Assembly (NCBI GenBank): GCA_027452205.1
Contig: DAIDGV010000015.1
Coordinates: 84,171 to 148,170, forward strand
Direction of reading: 5' to 3'
DNA from: a candidate division FCPU426 bacterium
Lineage (GTDB): Bacteria; Oederibacteriota; Muellerivitia; Muellerivitales; Muellerivitaceae
Length of the DNA stretch: 64,000 bases
The position numbers and the translations under genes are program-made. A model generated the notes under the pieces. It had not been told where the DNA came from and did not search any database. It saw only the letters and a program-made list of their open reading frames with translations. Shown in pieces: positions 45,286-55,536 of this stretch (position 1 is its first letter; the number at the start of each line of letters is the position of its first letter).

Positions 45286-47400
45286 TTATTTCGCCTTATT
45301 TTGGCCGCTAATTTCGTTAACCGTGGTCAACCAATCGGTTGCGTTCGTTCCGTTGGGAACGCACTTTATCGCTTTTTTGAAAGCCTGTTGGGCCAAAGAA
45401 AGGTGCCCATCCAAGAAATAGAATTGACCCAATTTGAGATACAGGTGCGCGCAAGGGTAACCCTTTTGAAGGGTCCGCTCCATCAACTTCGCGTTCATGG
45501 AATGGTCCGAGCCCCAGTGGAATTGAGTGGTCCACTCCCCAAAGCAAGACTCCAAGAAGGGGTCCCCTTTCACCAAGGGATAACCTTCGGAAAAATGTTC
45601 AAGAACCGAACGGTAGAGCTTCGAGTCGTTATACATATTCTCGGCTTGAAGATTGAGCTTATAGAAATATTGATGAACTTGATTCCAATAGTCGATCGTC
45701 GAACGGTCCTGGTCAGTGATCGGCAGTATTCCAAGGACCATCCCGCCCTGTTCAGGATTCTGGGCAGTAACCGGCTTCCAAATCGAACCCGGGAACCGCT
45801 TTTCCAATCGCTTTTGGTAATCCTCATTAACAAGGATCGCTGCCCAAGATGGCTTCCAATCATTGAATCGAGGATTAATGGCCGCGTTGAAATGGTAGCT
45901 CAAGACATGTAGGACATGGCCATGGCTCAGGGGCAGAAAATCGGCGAAAACAAGCCCGGGACCCGCTTGTTCATACTCCTCTTCGAGAACCCGATAAGCC
46001 TCCAGCACTTCATTCTTCTGGCCCTTTTTGAAATTCAACTTCCAGGCAGACCCCTCTACCACGGGTTTAAGCAGGTGGTTCACGTCCAGCAAAAAGGACG
46101 CCAAAAGTAGCGGTATCAGGACCCATCTTTTATCGTTCGACAAACAGATCAACAGCTTTTGAAGACCCAGAACAACGACCAACAAAAGGACAGGCATGAT
46201 TTGGATAACCCGGTTGAACTCCACATAATCCGCAGACAAAAGTCCCGGCAAAAGAAGGATCAAAAAGGCTCCCAAGATCCACCAAGTCCTTTTTTCTCTC
46301 AAACGACCGAAAAGTTCCAACAAACCGATAAAGAAGAAAGAGGCAAGAACGGGGTTCAGCACCCCTCCCCAGGTCGGGGCATAGGACGAATCGGATTGAA
46401 GGGAGCCCCAGAACAGACAGGTGAGATATGAAAGGTGGGTGCTTAATTGATGGGCCAAACTGAAATAATGGCTGGCAGCGGAAGTATCGATCAGATGATT
46501 GCCATAGCCCTGACCCATGGCAGCCACCAGAAAAGGTAATATCCCGGCAAAAAGACCCAGGAAAAAGGAAGAGCCGGTCCATATCCGAGCCTTAAAATCC
46601 CCGCTGGTCCACACGGCCATGATTCCGCAAAAAAGGAATATAACCGTCGCCCAAGCTGTAAAGGTTAAGGATCCTAAACCGATCCACAGCCCCAGTAACA
46701 ACGCCCAACCTGTTCGTTTTTTCGACCCATCCGATTTCAAAAAAATAGCAAGAAGAACAAAACCAAAAAGTTCCCAAAAAGGAACGAATAGACCCTGATG
46801 ACAGAACCGGCCGAAGTAAAGCGGCCAAAAACTGAAAGCCAAAAGAAAACCGAACAACAACGAAAAGGATTTAGAAAAGAATTGTCGTGAGGCCCAATAT
46901 CCAGCCGGAACTGCCAGTGCCGAAAAAAAAGCGGGCAAGAACCAGAGGTCAAAAAAGGGCGAATCGAACCATTTGAAAAAAGGGACCAAGGCCCAAATTA
47001 AAAGCGGCGGGTGCTCGCCAACGGTATAAAAGAACTGCCAATTCCATTGAGAGACCAGAGGGATTGCCAAAAACCCGTGAAGACCCTCGTCACCGGTCGG
47101 ACCAGCGAAAAAAGAAGTTAGTCGATAAAAACGAAGGCACAGAAGCACTAAGATCGCCGAAATCCAAACCCACCGAGGCATCGATGTGGGAATGGTCTCT
47201 TCTTGAAAAAGATTCCCCTTCTCGTCGGAAGGGATGGCCATCAGGACGGCGATCAGACCTGGTAAAAAAATGCCGCAAAAGAAGATCCAACCCTTCATTT
47301 GGTAAGAAAGCCCGGAATAAGACAAACAAAAATTGGAGAACAAAAAAATGGTGAACAAGATCCAAGTATGTAAACGTATGTCTTTTTTCAAAAAATTCAT
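45286..47400 (-). CDS. GT-C-fold membrane glycosyltransferase (ArnT/PMT_2-like) with a soluble C-terminal, partly TPR-like domain
   Basis: 704 aa from the ATG at 47400 (ATGA overlap). More than 10 TM segments. A DEGLHG loop motif follows TM1-2. Confidence 0.7.
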   Translation of the reverse strand: MNFLKKDIRLHTWILFTIFLFSNFCLSYSGLSYQMKGWIFFCGIFLPGLIAVLMAIPSDEKGNLFQEETIPTSMPRWVWISAILVLLCLRFYRLTSFFAGPTGDEGLHGFLAIPLVSQWNWQFFYTVGEHPPLLIWALVPFFKWFDSPFFDLWFLPAFFSALAVPAGYWASRQFFSKSFSLLFGFLLAFSFWPLYFGRFCHQGLFVPFWELFGFVLLAIFLKSDGSKKRTGWALLLGLWIGLGSLTFTAWATVIFLFCGIMAVWTSGDFKARIWTGSSFFLGLFAGILPFLVAAMGQGYGNHLIDTSAASHYFSLAHQLSTHLSYLTCLFWGSLQSDSSYAPTWGGVLNPVLASFFFIGLLELFGRLREKRTWWILGAFLILLLPGLLSADYVEFNRVIQIMPVLLLVVVLGLQKLLICLSNDKRWVLIPLLLASFLLDVNHLLKPVVEGSAWKLNFKKGQKNEVLEAYRVLEEEYEQAGPGLVFADFLPLSHGHVLHVLSYHFNAAINPRFNDWKPSWAAILVNEDYQKRLEKRFPGSIWKPVTAQNPEQGGMVLGILPITDQDRSTIDYWNQVHQYFYKLNLQAENMYNDSKLYRSVLEHFSEGYPLVKGDPFLESCFGEWTTQFHWGSDHSMNAKLMERTLQKGYPCAHLYLKLGQFYFLDGHLSLAQQAFKKAIKCVPNGTNATDWLTTVNEISGQNKAK

Positions 47401-48101
47401 TTCCCGCCCAATGACCCGATCAAAAGGACCAAGAACCATACCGCAAAAAAAATGCGACCCCTCTTCGAATAAAGATCGATCGCTTTTCCTTCGGCCTTGT
47501 TGAGATACAGGGAAAAGATATAGTTCAAGAAACACACCGCCAACGCGCCAAAAGAGAAAGCGAATCGGGAATCGGTATACTTGTAGGAGTCATAGACCAA
47601 TAACATCGAGAGGGAGAAATAAAAGCTCATCCATCCCCAGGTCCAATAATGGATCGCTTGGCTTTTCCAATCCGGCACATAATTTTCGGACTGAGGGGAA
47701 TATCCCAAAGCGCGGATGAGGTAGAAGAACAAGAAGAGAAAAAGAAGGCCCATCAATAGCCCAACGAGAAAACTATAGGTCTGGTATTCCAACGAAAGGG
47801 CCAGGACCGTATCGATCCAGATGAAAAAATAGGTCAGGACCCATAGATTGCGGACCATTTCCGGCGTCAGTACCGGAACCCACCGCATCATCAGCACTCC
47901 CATCAAGGCGCAAACCAAAGCAGACCCAAAAACAAACCAGTAAACCCACCCCAACCACAAAGGCTTATCGAAGCCGTTCAGCGCGATCCAACCGTGGGCA
48001 TCCTCGCCCATGGGGATGGTCAGGATAAAAAGGGCATAAATCCAAAGGGTCAGGAGGGAAAAGAGAAAAACCTCGAAAAAATCGCTTATTTTCTGGGGCA
48101 C
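47397..48101 (-). CDS. Polytopic membrane protein, unknown function
   Basis: 234 aa with a GTG start. Translationally coupled to the GT-C gene. Confidence 0.55.
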   Translation of the reverse strand: MPQKISDFFEVFLFSLLTLWIYALFILTIPMGEDAHGWIALNGFDKPLWLGWVYWFVFGSALVCALMGVLMMRWVPVLTPEMVRNLWVLTYFFIWIDTVLALSLEYQTYSFLVGLLMGLLFLFLFFYLIRALGYSPQSENYVPDWKSQAIHYWTWGWMSFYFSLSMLLVYDSYKYTDSRFAFSFGALAVCFLNYIFSLYLNKAEGKAIDLYSKRGRIFFAVWFLVLLIGSLGGK

Positions 48102-48185
48102 AGGAGGTCCTAAAACAAAGGTATCTCTTTAGCTTTGACGAGGGTTTTTATTATAATTTAATCCACTTCGAGCTGAGGGGACAAA

Positions 48186-48689
48186 ATGAAGAGAAAATGG
48201 TCGAAAGAGATCATCCTCGAGATGGTCAAAGATCTCAAGAACCAGAACATCGACCTCTCGGCGGGCTATATTTCGAAGCACCATGTCTCCCTCTTCACCG
48301 CCGCTTCTTCCCGCCGTTACTTTGGTAGTTGGGCCAATGCGGTTCGCGAGGCAGGGATAAACTATGATCAGATCCTGGACGAGGGCAAGACTCGTCGCCG
48401 GAACAAGTTGACAAAATGGTCAAAGATCCAGGTCTTGGAAGAAGTCAAAAAGTCTCAATCTTTGAATCTGTTGACCACTTATCGGGATCGGCTGGCTCTT
48501 TATTCTGCGGCCCGACGCGAGTTTGGAAGCTGGAAACAGGCTTTGGAAGAGGCTGGCTACAAGCTGACAAAAACTTCGAACAAGAACCAAAATCAGATTG
48601 CTGAAAGCGCTTCTTTTTTACCGGAAGCTAAAAACGTTCTCAGTGGAAAAACTTCGGACGAGCAAGCGCAAGGTTCCGGACAAATTTGA
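48186..48689 (+). CDS. Protein made of two homing-endonuclease-associated-type repeats, with no nuclease domain
   Basis: Two units of the form KWSK..(about 35 aa)..FGSW..A..EAG. GAGG SD. One of the few plus-strand genes in the window. Confidence 0.6.
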   Translation: MKRKWSKEIILEMVKDLKNQNIDLSAGYISKHHVSLFTAASSRRYFGSWANAVREAGINYDQILDEGKTRRRNKLTKWSKIQVLEEVKKSQSLNLLTTYRDRLALYSAARREFGSWKQALEEAGYKLTKTSNKNQNQIAESASFLPEAKNVLSGKTSDEQAQGSGQI

Positions 48690-48713
48690 GCTAACTTTAG
48701 TTCTTTAGGTTTA

Positions 48714-48755
48714 AAAACAAAAAGCCCATCAAAATCTTGACGGGCTTTTTGTTTT
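48714..48755. terminator. Bidirectional Rho-independent terminator between convergent genes
   Basis: AAAAAGCCCATCAA-AATC-TTGACGGGCTTTTTGTTTT, with 8 of 9 stem positions paired and flanking A and T tracts. Confidence 0.65.
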
Positions 48756-48767
48756 CGAATCGTCGGA

Positions 48768-49289
48768 TTAAAACTTAAAGGCGAGGGCCAAGACCGGTGC
48801 GTCTTTTTCCATGTAAGCGATCGGTTTCAAGTTATGTTCCGCGTTGTAATCGCTGGCGGCGGTAGGCGCATGAGCCATATCAACCACCCACAAAAGGGTA
48901 TAAGCGGCGATACCGCCCCAGATCAAGTTTGTGGCGATATTATTGGCGTTCAAGCTGTCGCCCAAGATCCCACCTGAAAAGGTCGTCGTGTTCGATTGAA
49001 TCAGGACACCACAACCAACAGAAAGTACCGAGAGAACTTCTCCGGTCAAAAGGATGTCACCGGTCAACTGATCATCCGCGTAGAAATGGCCGTAACCGTG
49101 GATCAGAACACCCGGAAAAAAAGCTTGCAAGAAAGCTTTGTTTGGATCTTTGTAAAAATAATTTTGATGATTGGTCTCTAAGCCGCCCGAAAGATCGATA
49201 TCACCACTTTGGGCGAAAGACTTGCTGGAGAGGGCCAGAAAAAAAAGAACTACAAGAATGGAGAGGACTTTTGAGGAAGTGTTCTTCAT
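48768..49289 (-). CDS. Small secreted/envelope protein, unknown function
   Basis: 173 aa. Signal peptide ending KSFAQ. C-terminal ...LALAFKF (terminal Phe, as in an OMP beta-signal). Confidence 0.55.
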   Translation of the reverse strand: MKNTSSKVLSILVVLFFLALSSKSFAQSGDIDLSGGLETNHQNYFYKDPNKAFLQAFFPGVLIHGYGHFYADDQLTGDILLTGEVLSVLSVGCGVLIQSNTTTFSGGILGDSLNANNIATNLIWGGIAAYTLLWVVDMAHAPTAASDYNAEHNLKPIAYMEKDAPVLALAFKF

Positions 49290-49352
49290 AGTTTAGGATC
49301 CTCGCGAACTGCAGAAGTGCGGGAACCCACAAGGACTCCCGCCCTGATCAGA

Positions 49353-49820
49353 TCAAACGGTCGTCGCTTCCTTCGACTTCTTCTTTTTGCTTTCGGACTT
49401 TTCTGCAACATCCGAAGTAGCTTCTTTCTTCTCGGTTGCTGCCTCAGGAGCCTTTTCTTCAGTAGGACGGTCCACGAGTTCCAAGTAGACCATGTCGGCG
49501 CCGTCACCGGCGCGGAAGCCCAGCTTCAACACACGGGTATAACCACCCTTGCGTTGAGCATAGCGGTAAATAAGGGTCTTGAACAACTTGTTGACCACTT
49601 CCCGTTCACGGACAAAACCGAGAACTTCGCGCTTAGCGGCCAAAGTTTCCTTTTTGGCGGTCGTGATCATTTTTTCCGCATAGCGGCGAACTTCCCTGGC
49701 CCGGACCTTCGTGGTCTTGATCCGTTCGTGCTTGAACAACGAGGTGACCATATTCCGGATCATCGCACGGCGATGAGCGGGTTGGACCCCTAATTTACCG
49801 TGATGTGCTTGGTGACGCAT
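49353..49820 (-). CDS. rplQ: 50S ribosomal protein L17 (with a Lys/Glu-rich C-terminal tail)
   Basis: 155 aa. MRHQAHHGKLGVQPAHRRAM... AGGAG SD. Confidence 0.95.
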   Translation of the reverse strand: MRHQAHHGKLGVQPAHRRAMIRNMVTSLFKHERIKTTKVRAREVRRYAEKMITTAKKETLAAKREVLGFVREREVVNKLFKTLIYRYAQRKGGYTRVLKLGFRAGDGADMVYLELVDRPTEEKAPEAATEKKEATSDVAEKSESKKKKSKEATTV

Positions 49821-49837
49821 TGTAAACTCCTAATTAA

Positions 49838-50851
49838 TTAAACGCTGGCTTCGACGCGAGTCGAAGACGCCAGCTTGCCTTTGGCCAAAATGGAATCCAC
49901 ATCCGTGCCGAACGAAAGGCCCATTCCACCCAGGATCTCTTTGATCTCATTCAACGACTTACGACCGAAATTCTTATACTTGAGCATATCCGATTCACTC
50001 TTGCGGACCAGGTCGCCGATGGTCTTGATGTTCGCGGTCTTCAAGCAGTTAGCCGAACGAACGGACAATTCCAACTCTTCAACGCTTTCGTTCAAAAGTT
50101 CACGCATACGTTCTTCTTCTTCGCTCATCGAGTCGTCTTGTTGGACCGGCTCTTCTTCGAAGTTGATGAAGATCTGCAAGGAATCGCGCAAGATCTTGGA
50201 AGCGTGGGCCAAGGCGTCTTCCGGTTGGATACGGCCGTCGGTCCAGATCTCCATGATGAGCTTGTCGTAGTCGGTCATTTGGCCGATACGGGCAGACTCA
50301 ACGGAATACTTCACTTGCGAAACCGGAGTGAAAACGGAATCGACCGGGATGACACCGATGGATTGCCCTTCGCGTTTGTTGCGCTCTGAGGGAGAGTACC
50401 CACGGCCATCGGCTACTTCGATCTCCAATTCCAGGTTGGCGTCATCTTCAGTCAAGGTCGCCAAGTGCAATTGCGGATTCAGTATCTCAACGTCGCCGTC
50501 GATCTGAATGTCAGCGGCAACAACGTTGCGCTCACCCTTGACGGACAAACGTAAGGTCTTAGTACCCGGCTTGAACAATTTGATCTTGAGTTCTTTCAAG
50601 TTAAGGATAATTTCGGTGGTATCTTCGACCACGCCCGGGATCGAAGAGAACTCATGGGAAACGCCCTCGAACTTGACCGAGGTAACGGCCGCACCCGTAA
50701 TGGACGACAACAGGATGCGACGTAAGGAATTACCGACAGACTGGCCATATCCGCGTTCGAACGGCTCCGCGATGAACTTGCCATAGGTCGGGGTTAAGCT
50801 TTCCTTCTCATAATCCAAAAACTTAGGAATTTGTACGTTTCCGATTTGCAT
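49838..50851 (-). CDS. rpoA: DNA-directed RNA polymerase subunit alpha
   Basis: 337 aa from the ATG at 50851, preceded by GGGAGG. NTD and CTD sequences recognised. Confidence 0.95.
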   Translation of the reverse strand: MQIGNVQIPKFLDYEKESLTPTYGKFIAEPFERGYGQSVGNSLRRILLSSITGAAVTSVKFEGVSHEFSSIPGVVEDTTEIILNLKELKIKLFKPGTKTLRLSVKGERNVVAADIQIDGDVEILNPQLHLATLTEDDANLELEIEVADGRGYSPSERNKREGQSIGVIPVDSVFTPVSQVKYSVESARIGQMTDYDKLIMEIWTDGRIQPEDALAHASKILRDSLQIFINFEEEPVQQDDSMSEEEERMRELLNESVEELELSVRSANCLKTANIKTIGDLVRKSESDMLKYKNFGRKSLNEIKEILGGMGLSFGTDVDSILAKGKLASSTRVEASV

Positions 50852-50909
50852 GTTGCCTCCCACAAAATAACCCTCTTGCAAGGGTCGAACTCTTCAGCTT
50901 CAGCTAGCT

Positions 50910-51530
50910 TTATTTTGAATACAATTCGACGATCAGTTGCTCTTGGACCGGCAAAGCGATCTCTTCCTTGGACGGGACCTTCTTAAAGGTTCCGGCCAAC
51001 GCCGTCGTATCGACTTCGAGCCATTCCGGCACGCCGCGTTTTTGGAGCATTTCCAAAGAACGCTTCACGCCGACATTAGCCTTGAAACCTTCCGAAATGG
51101 AAACCTTGTCCCCGGCTTTCAGCGAATAAGAGGGGATGTCGACTTTCTTACCGTTGACTTGGATCATACCGTGACGAACCACTTGACGGGCCTGACGACG
51201 GGACTCAGCGAAGCCAAGACGATAGGTAGTGTTGTCCAAGCGCTTCTCCAAAATTTGGAGCAAGTTCTCGCCGGTCACGCCCTTTTGGCGGGAAGCGATA
51301 TCGAAATAACGGCGGAATTGTTTTTCAAGAACGCCATAAATACGCTTTACTTTTTGCTTTTCGCGCAATTGGAGACCATATTCGGTATCCTTTTTGCGCT
51401 TTTGGCCATGTTGACCCGGAGCATAACCGCGGCGCTCGAAAGCGCACTTTTCGGTCTCGCAGCGAGTTCCCTTCAAATAAAGTTTCATGCCCTCGCGGCG
51501 GCAAATACGGCAAACGGATTGAAGACCCAT
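50910..51530 (-). CDS. rpsD: 30S ribosomal protein S4 (Cys4 zinc-ribbon type)
   Basis: 206 aa. [23 protein letters not shown]. Confidence 0.95.
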   Translation of the reverse strand: MGLQSVCRICRREGMKLYLKGTRCETEKCAFERRGYAPGQHGQKRKKDTEYGLQLREKQKVKRIYGVLEKQFRRYFDIASRQKGVTGENLLQILEKRLDNTTYRLGFAESRRQARQVVRHGMIQVNGKKVDIPSYSLKAGDKVSISEGFKANVGVKRSLEMLQKRGVPEWLEVDTTALAGTFKKVPSKEEIALPVQEQLIVELYSK

Positions 51531-51542
51531 GCAACTGCTCCT

Positions 51543-51965
51543 TTATACGCGCCGGCGCTTAGGCGGCCGGCAACCGTTATGGGGGACTGGTGTAACGTCC
51601 TTGATTAAGAGTATCTGCATACCACAAGTTTGAATGGCGCGAATGGCAGCTTCGCGTCCCGAACCTGGGCCCTTAACATAAATTTCAACAGCTTTCATAC
51701 CGGCATCCAAGGCCTTTTTGCCGGCAGTTTCAGCGGCCATCTGGGCCGCGAAGGGGGTCGATTTGCGGCTACCCTTGAAATTCAAGGAACCCGCCGAAGA
51801 CCAAGAAATGACATTGCCTTTGGGATCGGTGATGGTCACCAGGGTGTTATTAAAGGTACATTGAATATGCACCACGCCGTTACGCGGGGCCTTCTTCCCT
51901 TTTTTAGCCGCGGCTGACTGTGCCGCCTCTTTCGTTTCGATTTTCGCTTCGACTTTTTCGGCCAC
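51543..51965 (-). CDS. rpsK: 30S ribosomal protein S11
   Basis: 140 aa. GTG start after AAGGAG. ...[18 protein letters not shown]-terminus. Confidence 0.95.
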   Translation of the reverse strand: MAEKVEAKIETKEAAQSAAAKKGKKAPRNGVVHIQCTFNNTLVTITDPKGNVISWSSAGSLNFKGSRKSTPFAAQMAAETAGKKALDAGMKAVEIYVKGPGSGREAAIRAIQTCGMQILLIKDVTPVPHNGCRPPKRRRV

Positions 51966-52020
51966 TCTATTTCTCCTTGAACTAATCCGACCCTTTTACC
52001 CTGATCGCTCAGGACTTTGA

Positions 52021-52401
52021 CTACTCTTCTTTTTTCCGACCGCTACCGGCGGTCTTTTTCGGACCCTTGCGGGTGCGCGCGTTGGTTTTCGTCCTTTGTC
52101 CGCGAACCGGCAATCCTTTGCGGTGACGGCTACCACGATAAGAACCGATATCGATCAAACGCTTGATATTCATCGAGACTTCACGGCGAAGGTCGCCCTC
52201 CACCTTCAAGTTCTCCGAAGCGATGGCGTTCTGGATACGGCCTACTTCGTCATCTTTCAAATTCTTCACGCGGATATCAGGGCTTACATTGGCGAGGGCC
52301 AAGATCTTCTTGGACAACGCCGGGCCGATACCGTAGATATAATTCAAAGCGACTTCAATGCGCTTTTCCTTCGGCAAATCAATTCCTGAAATACGAGCCA
52401 T
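52021..52401 (-). CDS. rpsM: 30S ribosomal protein S13
   Basis: 126 aa. [14 protein letters not shown]... Confidence 0.95.
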   Translation of the reverse strand: MARISGIDLPKEKRIEVALNYIYGIGPALSKKILALANVSPDIRVKNLKDDEVGRIQNAIASENLKVEGDLRREVSMNIKRLIDIGSYRGSRHRKGLPVRGQRTKTNARTRKGPKKTAGSGRKKEE

Positions 52402-52410
52402 AATTTCTCC

Positions 52411-52524
52411 TTATCCCTGGCGCTGTTTGTGCTTGGGATTGGTACAGATCACGCGGACGACCCGCTTGCGGCGGATGACCTTGCATTTATCACAAATCGG
52501 TTTGACCGAAGACCGAACCTTCAT
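52411..52524 (-). CDS. rpmJ: 50S ribosomal protein L36
   Basis: Hand-translated 37 aa, [37 protein letters not shown]. Not in the ORF track. Confidence 0.93.
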   Translation of the reverse strand: MKVRSSVKPICDKCKVIRRKRVVRVICTNPKHKQRQG

Positions 52525-52551
52525 TTTCTAATCCTTCCTTAAATAACGACG

Positions 52552-52770
52552 TTACTTGAACCGGTACGTAATACGACCCCGATTCAGATCATAGGGTGAA
52601 AGTTCAACTGTCACCCGATCCCCTGGAAGAATACGGATGAAATTCATCCGCATTTTTCCGGAAACATGCGCTAGCACAACGTGCTTGTTCTCCAACTCCA
52701 CTCGAAAACTGGCGTTCGGCAGTGCTTCAATAATGATGCCTTCGACCGAAATTGCGTCTTCCTTCGCCAT
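52552..52770 (-). CDS. infA: Translation initiation factor IF-1
   Basis: 72 aa from the ATG at 52770 after [31 protein letters not shown]... Confidence 0.95.
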   Translation of the reverse strand: MAKEDAISVEGIIIEALPNASFRVELENKHVVLAHVSGKMRMNFIRILPGDRVTVELSPYDLNRGRITYRFK

Positions 52771-52799
52771 AAGCCTCCAAAACCCCAAGAAGGGTCTGT

Positions 52800-53549
52800 T
52801 TACGAAACCCTTGTTAAGTTTTCCGGCCCATCCGCCAAAACGGCGATAGTGTCTTCAAAATGGGCGGAGAATTTACCATCTTTTGTTACAACTGTCCAGC
52901 CATCCTGTAAAACCTTCACTTCCTCAGTCCCTATATTCACCATAGGTTCCAAGGCAAGACACATACCCTCAACAATTCGGGGCCCCTGATGGGGTTTTCC
53001 ATAGTTAGGGACCTGGGGATCTTCGTGCATTGCCCGTCCAATCCCATGCCCTACATAGTCCCGAACCACTGAAAACCCTTTACTTTCAGCGTATTTTTGG
53101 ACCGCATGGCCGATATCGGAGATACGGTTCCCGATTCGGCACTGTTCAATACCCTTATTCAGGGCCTCAAAAGTCACTTCGAGTAGCTTTTTGGCTTCTG
53201 CGGAAACCTTGCCCACCGCAAAGGTACGGGCCGAATCCCCGCAATACCCTTTGTAATAAGCACCGATATCGACCCCAACAATATCGCCTTCTTCTAAGAC
53301 CCTTTTACCGGGGATCCCATGAACAACTTCAGCGTTAATGGAGGTGCAGATGGTAGCCGGGTATCCGTGATACCCCAAAAAAGCGGGAACACAGTCGTTC
53401 TTCTTGAAGAAATCATAAGCGACTCGATCAAGCTCTTGGGTTGTGATACCCGGCTTGACCTTCGCTCCCAACTCCAGCAAGGCTTGCCCAACAACCTTTC
53501 CACTGACCCGCATCAACTTTATTTCAGCTTCAGACTTGATCGTAATCAC
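52800..53549 (-). CDS. map: Type I methionine aminopeptidase
   Basis: 249 aa with a GTG start. [13 protein letters not shown]... and the metal ligands are recognisable. Confidence 0.93.
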   Translation of the reverse strand: MITIKSEAEIKLMRVSGKVVGQALLELGAKVKPGITTQELDRVAYDFFKKNDCVPAFLGYHGYPATICTSINAEVVHGIPGKRVLEEGDIVGVDIGAYYKGYCGDSARTFAVGKVSAEAKKLLEVTFEALNKGIEQCRIGNRISDIGHAVQKYAESKGFSVVRDYVGHGIGRAMHEDPQVPNYGKPHQGPRIVEGMCLALEPMVNIGTEEVKVLQDGWTVVTKDGKFSAHFEDTIAVLADGPENLTRVS

Positions 53550-54208
53550 TAAACTTTCGCCAATTTATCCAATGCCCCAAAAACCCGGGCCAAAGCCTCG
53601 TTATAAGGACCTTCGCACTCGATCGGCCGGAGAAGTCCTTTATTCCTATAGAACTCGATCAACGGAGCGGTATCTTTTTGATAAACGGCCAAACGATTCA
53701 AAATGGTATCCGGCTGATCATCGGGACGTTGAATCAACTCATGACCGCATTTATCGCAGATACCCTCTGTTTTAGGTTTCATGGTCACAACATTGAAGGT
53801 CGAACCGCAATTTGTACAGACCCTGCGGCCTGTCAAACGAGAAAGAATAGTCTCTTTGCTGATCTCGATCTTGATGACCGCACTCAGCTCCAACTTCATC
53901 TTTTGGAGCATCTGGTCCAAGCTTTGAGCTTGGGTCACCGTACGAGGGAATCCATCCAAGATGAAACCATGGGCCGCGTCCGCTTGTTGAAAACGGTTGT
54001 GGACCATTTCAATGACCATTGGGTCCGGGACCAATTCGCCATTTTTCATGAACTCATAGGCTTTTTTGCCAAGTTCAGAACCTTCCTTAACTGCCGCGCG
54101 CAACATATCACCCGTCGAGATCTGCGGGATCCCATACTTTTTCACTAATTCGGCGGAGTAAGTCCCCTTGCCCGCGCCTGGTTCACCGAAAAGGATTATT
54201 CTGATCAA
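53549..54208 (-). CDS. adk: Adenylate kinase (Cys4 zinc lid)
   Basis: 219 aa. The TTG start overlaps the secY stop as TTGA. GEPGAGKGT. CTNC...CDKC lid. Confidence 0.95.
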   Translation of the reverse strand: MIRIILFGEPGAGKGTYSAELVKKYGIPQISTGDMLRAAVKEGSELGKKAYEFMKNGELVPDPMVIEMVHNRFQQADAAHGFILDGFPRTVTQAQSLDQMLQKMKLELSAVIKIEISKETILSRLTGRRVCTNCGSTFNVVTMKPKTEGICDKCGHELIQRPDDQPDTILNRLAVYQKDTAPLIEFYRNKGLLRPIECEGPYNEALARVFGALDKLAKV

Positions 54209-55536
54209 AACGCGCTCCGACCTTTCAGACGACCCTTTTTCATGAAGCCGTCGTAATGCCGCATTAATAAATGAGATTCGATCTGCTTCATCGTATCCAA
54301 AGCCACACCTACAATGATCAAAAGCGAAGTGCCGCCGAAATAAATCGGGATATGCAAATTACGGGCGATCACTTCCGGCACGATTGCTATCACGCAAACC
54401 GCCAAAGCGCCCCAAATGGTGATGCGAGTCAAAGTCTTATCGATAAATTCTGCCGTAGGTTGCCCGGGACGGATGCCAGGGATAAAACCACCGTACTTTT
54501 TCATGTTCTCCGACAGGTCGATCGGATTGAAAGCAATCGCCGTATAGAAGTAACAGAAGAAAATGATCAAGAACGAATAGACAACATAGTAAAAATAAGC
54601 GCCAGGAGAAAAGTTCGTCACGATGAAATCGAAGAAGCCATAGAAAAAACCATCCGACGGCACCATAGCCTCCAGATAACGAGCGATCTGCGACGGGAAG
54701 ATCAAGATGGAAGAAGCGAAAATGACCGCGATAACACCCGAATAATCCACCTTCAACGGTAATTGGGTCGATTGGCCTTTGAAAACTTGACGGCCCACCA
54801 CGCGAGTCGCGTATTGGACCGGGATCTTCCGGGCCCCTTGTTGAAGGACCACGATGAAAGCGATGGTCGCAAGGGTAAGCACTAAATAGAACAAGACCGC
54901 GAACAAGCTCAATTGATTGATGGAGACCATTCGATAGGTTTGGACCAACTCACCCGGCAGGGCCGCAACGATACCGGCGAAAATGATCAAAGACATCCCG
55001 TTGCCGATACCATATTCAGTTATCTGTTCGCCTAACCACATGATGAAAATGGTCCCGGTCGTCAAGGCCAACACAGTCATGAATTGGAACCCGAAACCCC
55101 AATGATAAATGAAGCTCTCGCCGAAAGAGCGCAATAAATAGGTAGTACCCGTTCCTTGGACCACGCACAGAGCGACCGTGCCCACACGGGTATATTGGGT
55201 TATCTTACGGCGTCCCATTTCGCCTTCTTTGGACAACTTTTCCAAAGCCGGGATGACCGCCGTCAAAAGCTGCAGAATGATGGACATGCTGATATAGGGC
55301 ATGACCCCCAAAGCGAAGATCGAGGCTTGCTTCAAGGCTCCACCCGAAAAAAGATTCATGAACCCCAAGATTCCGCCAGCGGTTTGCTTGGACAAGAAAC
55401 TGGCCAAAGCCCCGACATTGACACCCGGAATGGGCACATGAATGCCGATGCGATAGACCAAAAGGATCGCAAAAGTAAAAAGAACCCGGTTCTTCAATTC
55501 AGGGATACGAAAGATATTGGCGAAAGCCGAGAGCAC
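54205..55536 (-). CDS. secY: Preprotein translocase subunit SecY
   Basis: 443 aa with a GTG start and 10 TM segments. SecY-like throughout. Confidence 0.95.
   Translation of the reverse strand: MLSAFANIFRIPELKNRVLFTFAILLVYRIGIHVPIPGVNVGALASFLSKQTAGGILGFMNLFSGGALKQASIFALGVMPYISMSIILQLLTAVIPALEKLSKEGEMGRRKITQYTRVGTVALCVVQGTGTTYLLRSFGESFIYHWGFGFQFMTVLALTTGTIFIMWLGEQITEYGIGNGMSLIIFAGIVAALPGELVQTYRMVSINQLSLFAVLFYLVLTLATIAFIVVLQQGARKIPVQYATRVVGRQVFKGQSTQLPLKVDYSGVIAVIFASSILIFPSQIARYLEAMVPSDGFFYGFFDFIVTNFSPGAYFYYVVYSFLIIFFCYFYTAIAFNPIDLSENMKKYGGFIPGIRPGQPTAEFIDKTLTRITIWGALAVCVIAIVPEVIARNLHIPIYFGGTSLLIIVGVALDTMKQIESHLLMRHYDGFMKKGRLKGRSAF

Noticed and set aside
48135-48157. A TTGACG...TATAAT promoter for the plus-strand repeat-protein gene.
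   Set aside because: The spacer between the two hexamers is only 11 nt, too short for a sigma70-type promoter. The TATAAT box alone may still be used.
45286-49289. The lower-GC stretch as a genomic island or mobile element.
   Set aside because: The drop in G+C is modest in my hand-sampled lines. I saw no integrase, transposase, tRNA target or flanking direct repeats. Only the double-repeat protein hints at mobile ancestry.
49305-49335. The hairpin GCGGGA...TCCCGC after rplQ as a terminator of the ribosomal cluster.
   Set aside because: It is a short stem with a large loop and no U tract on the transcribed strand. The evidence is too weak to call it.
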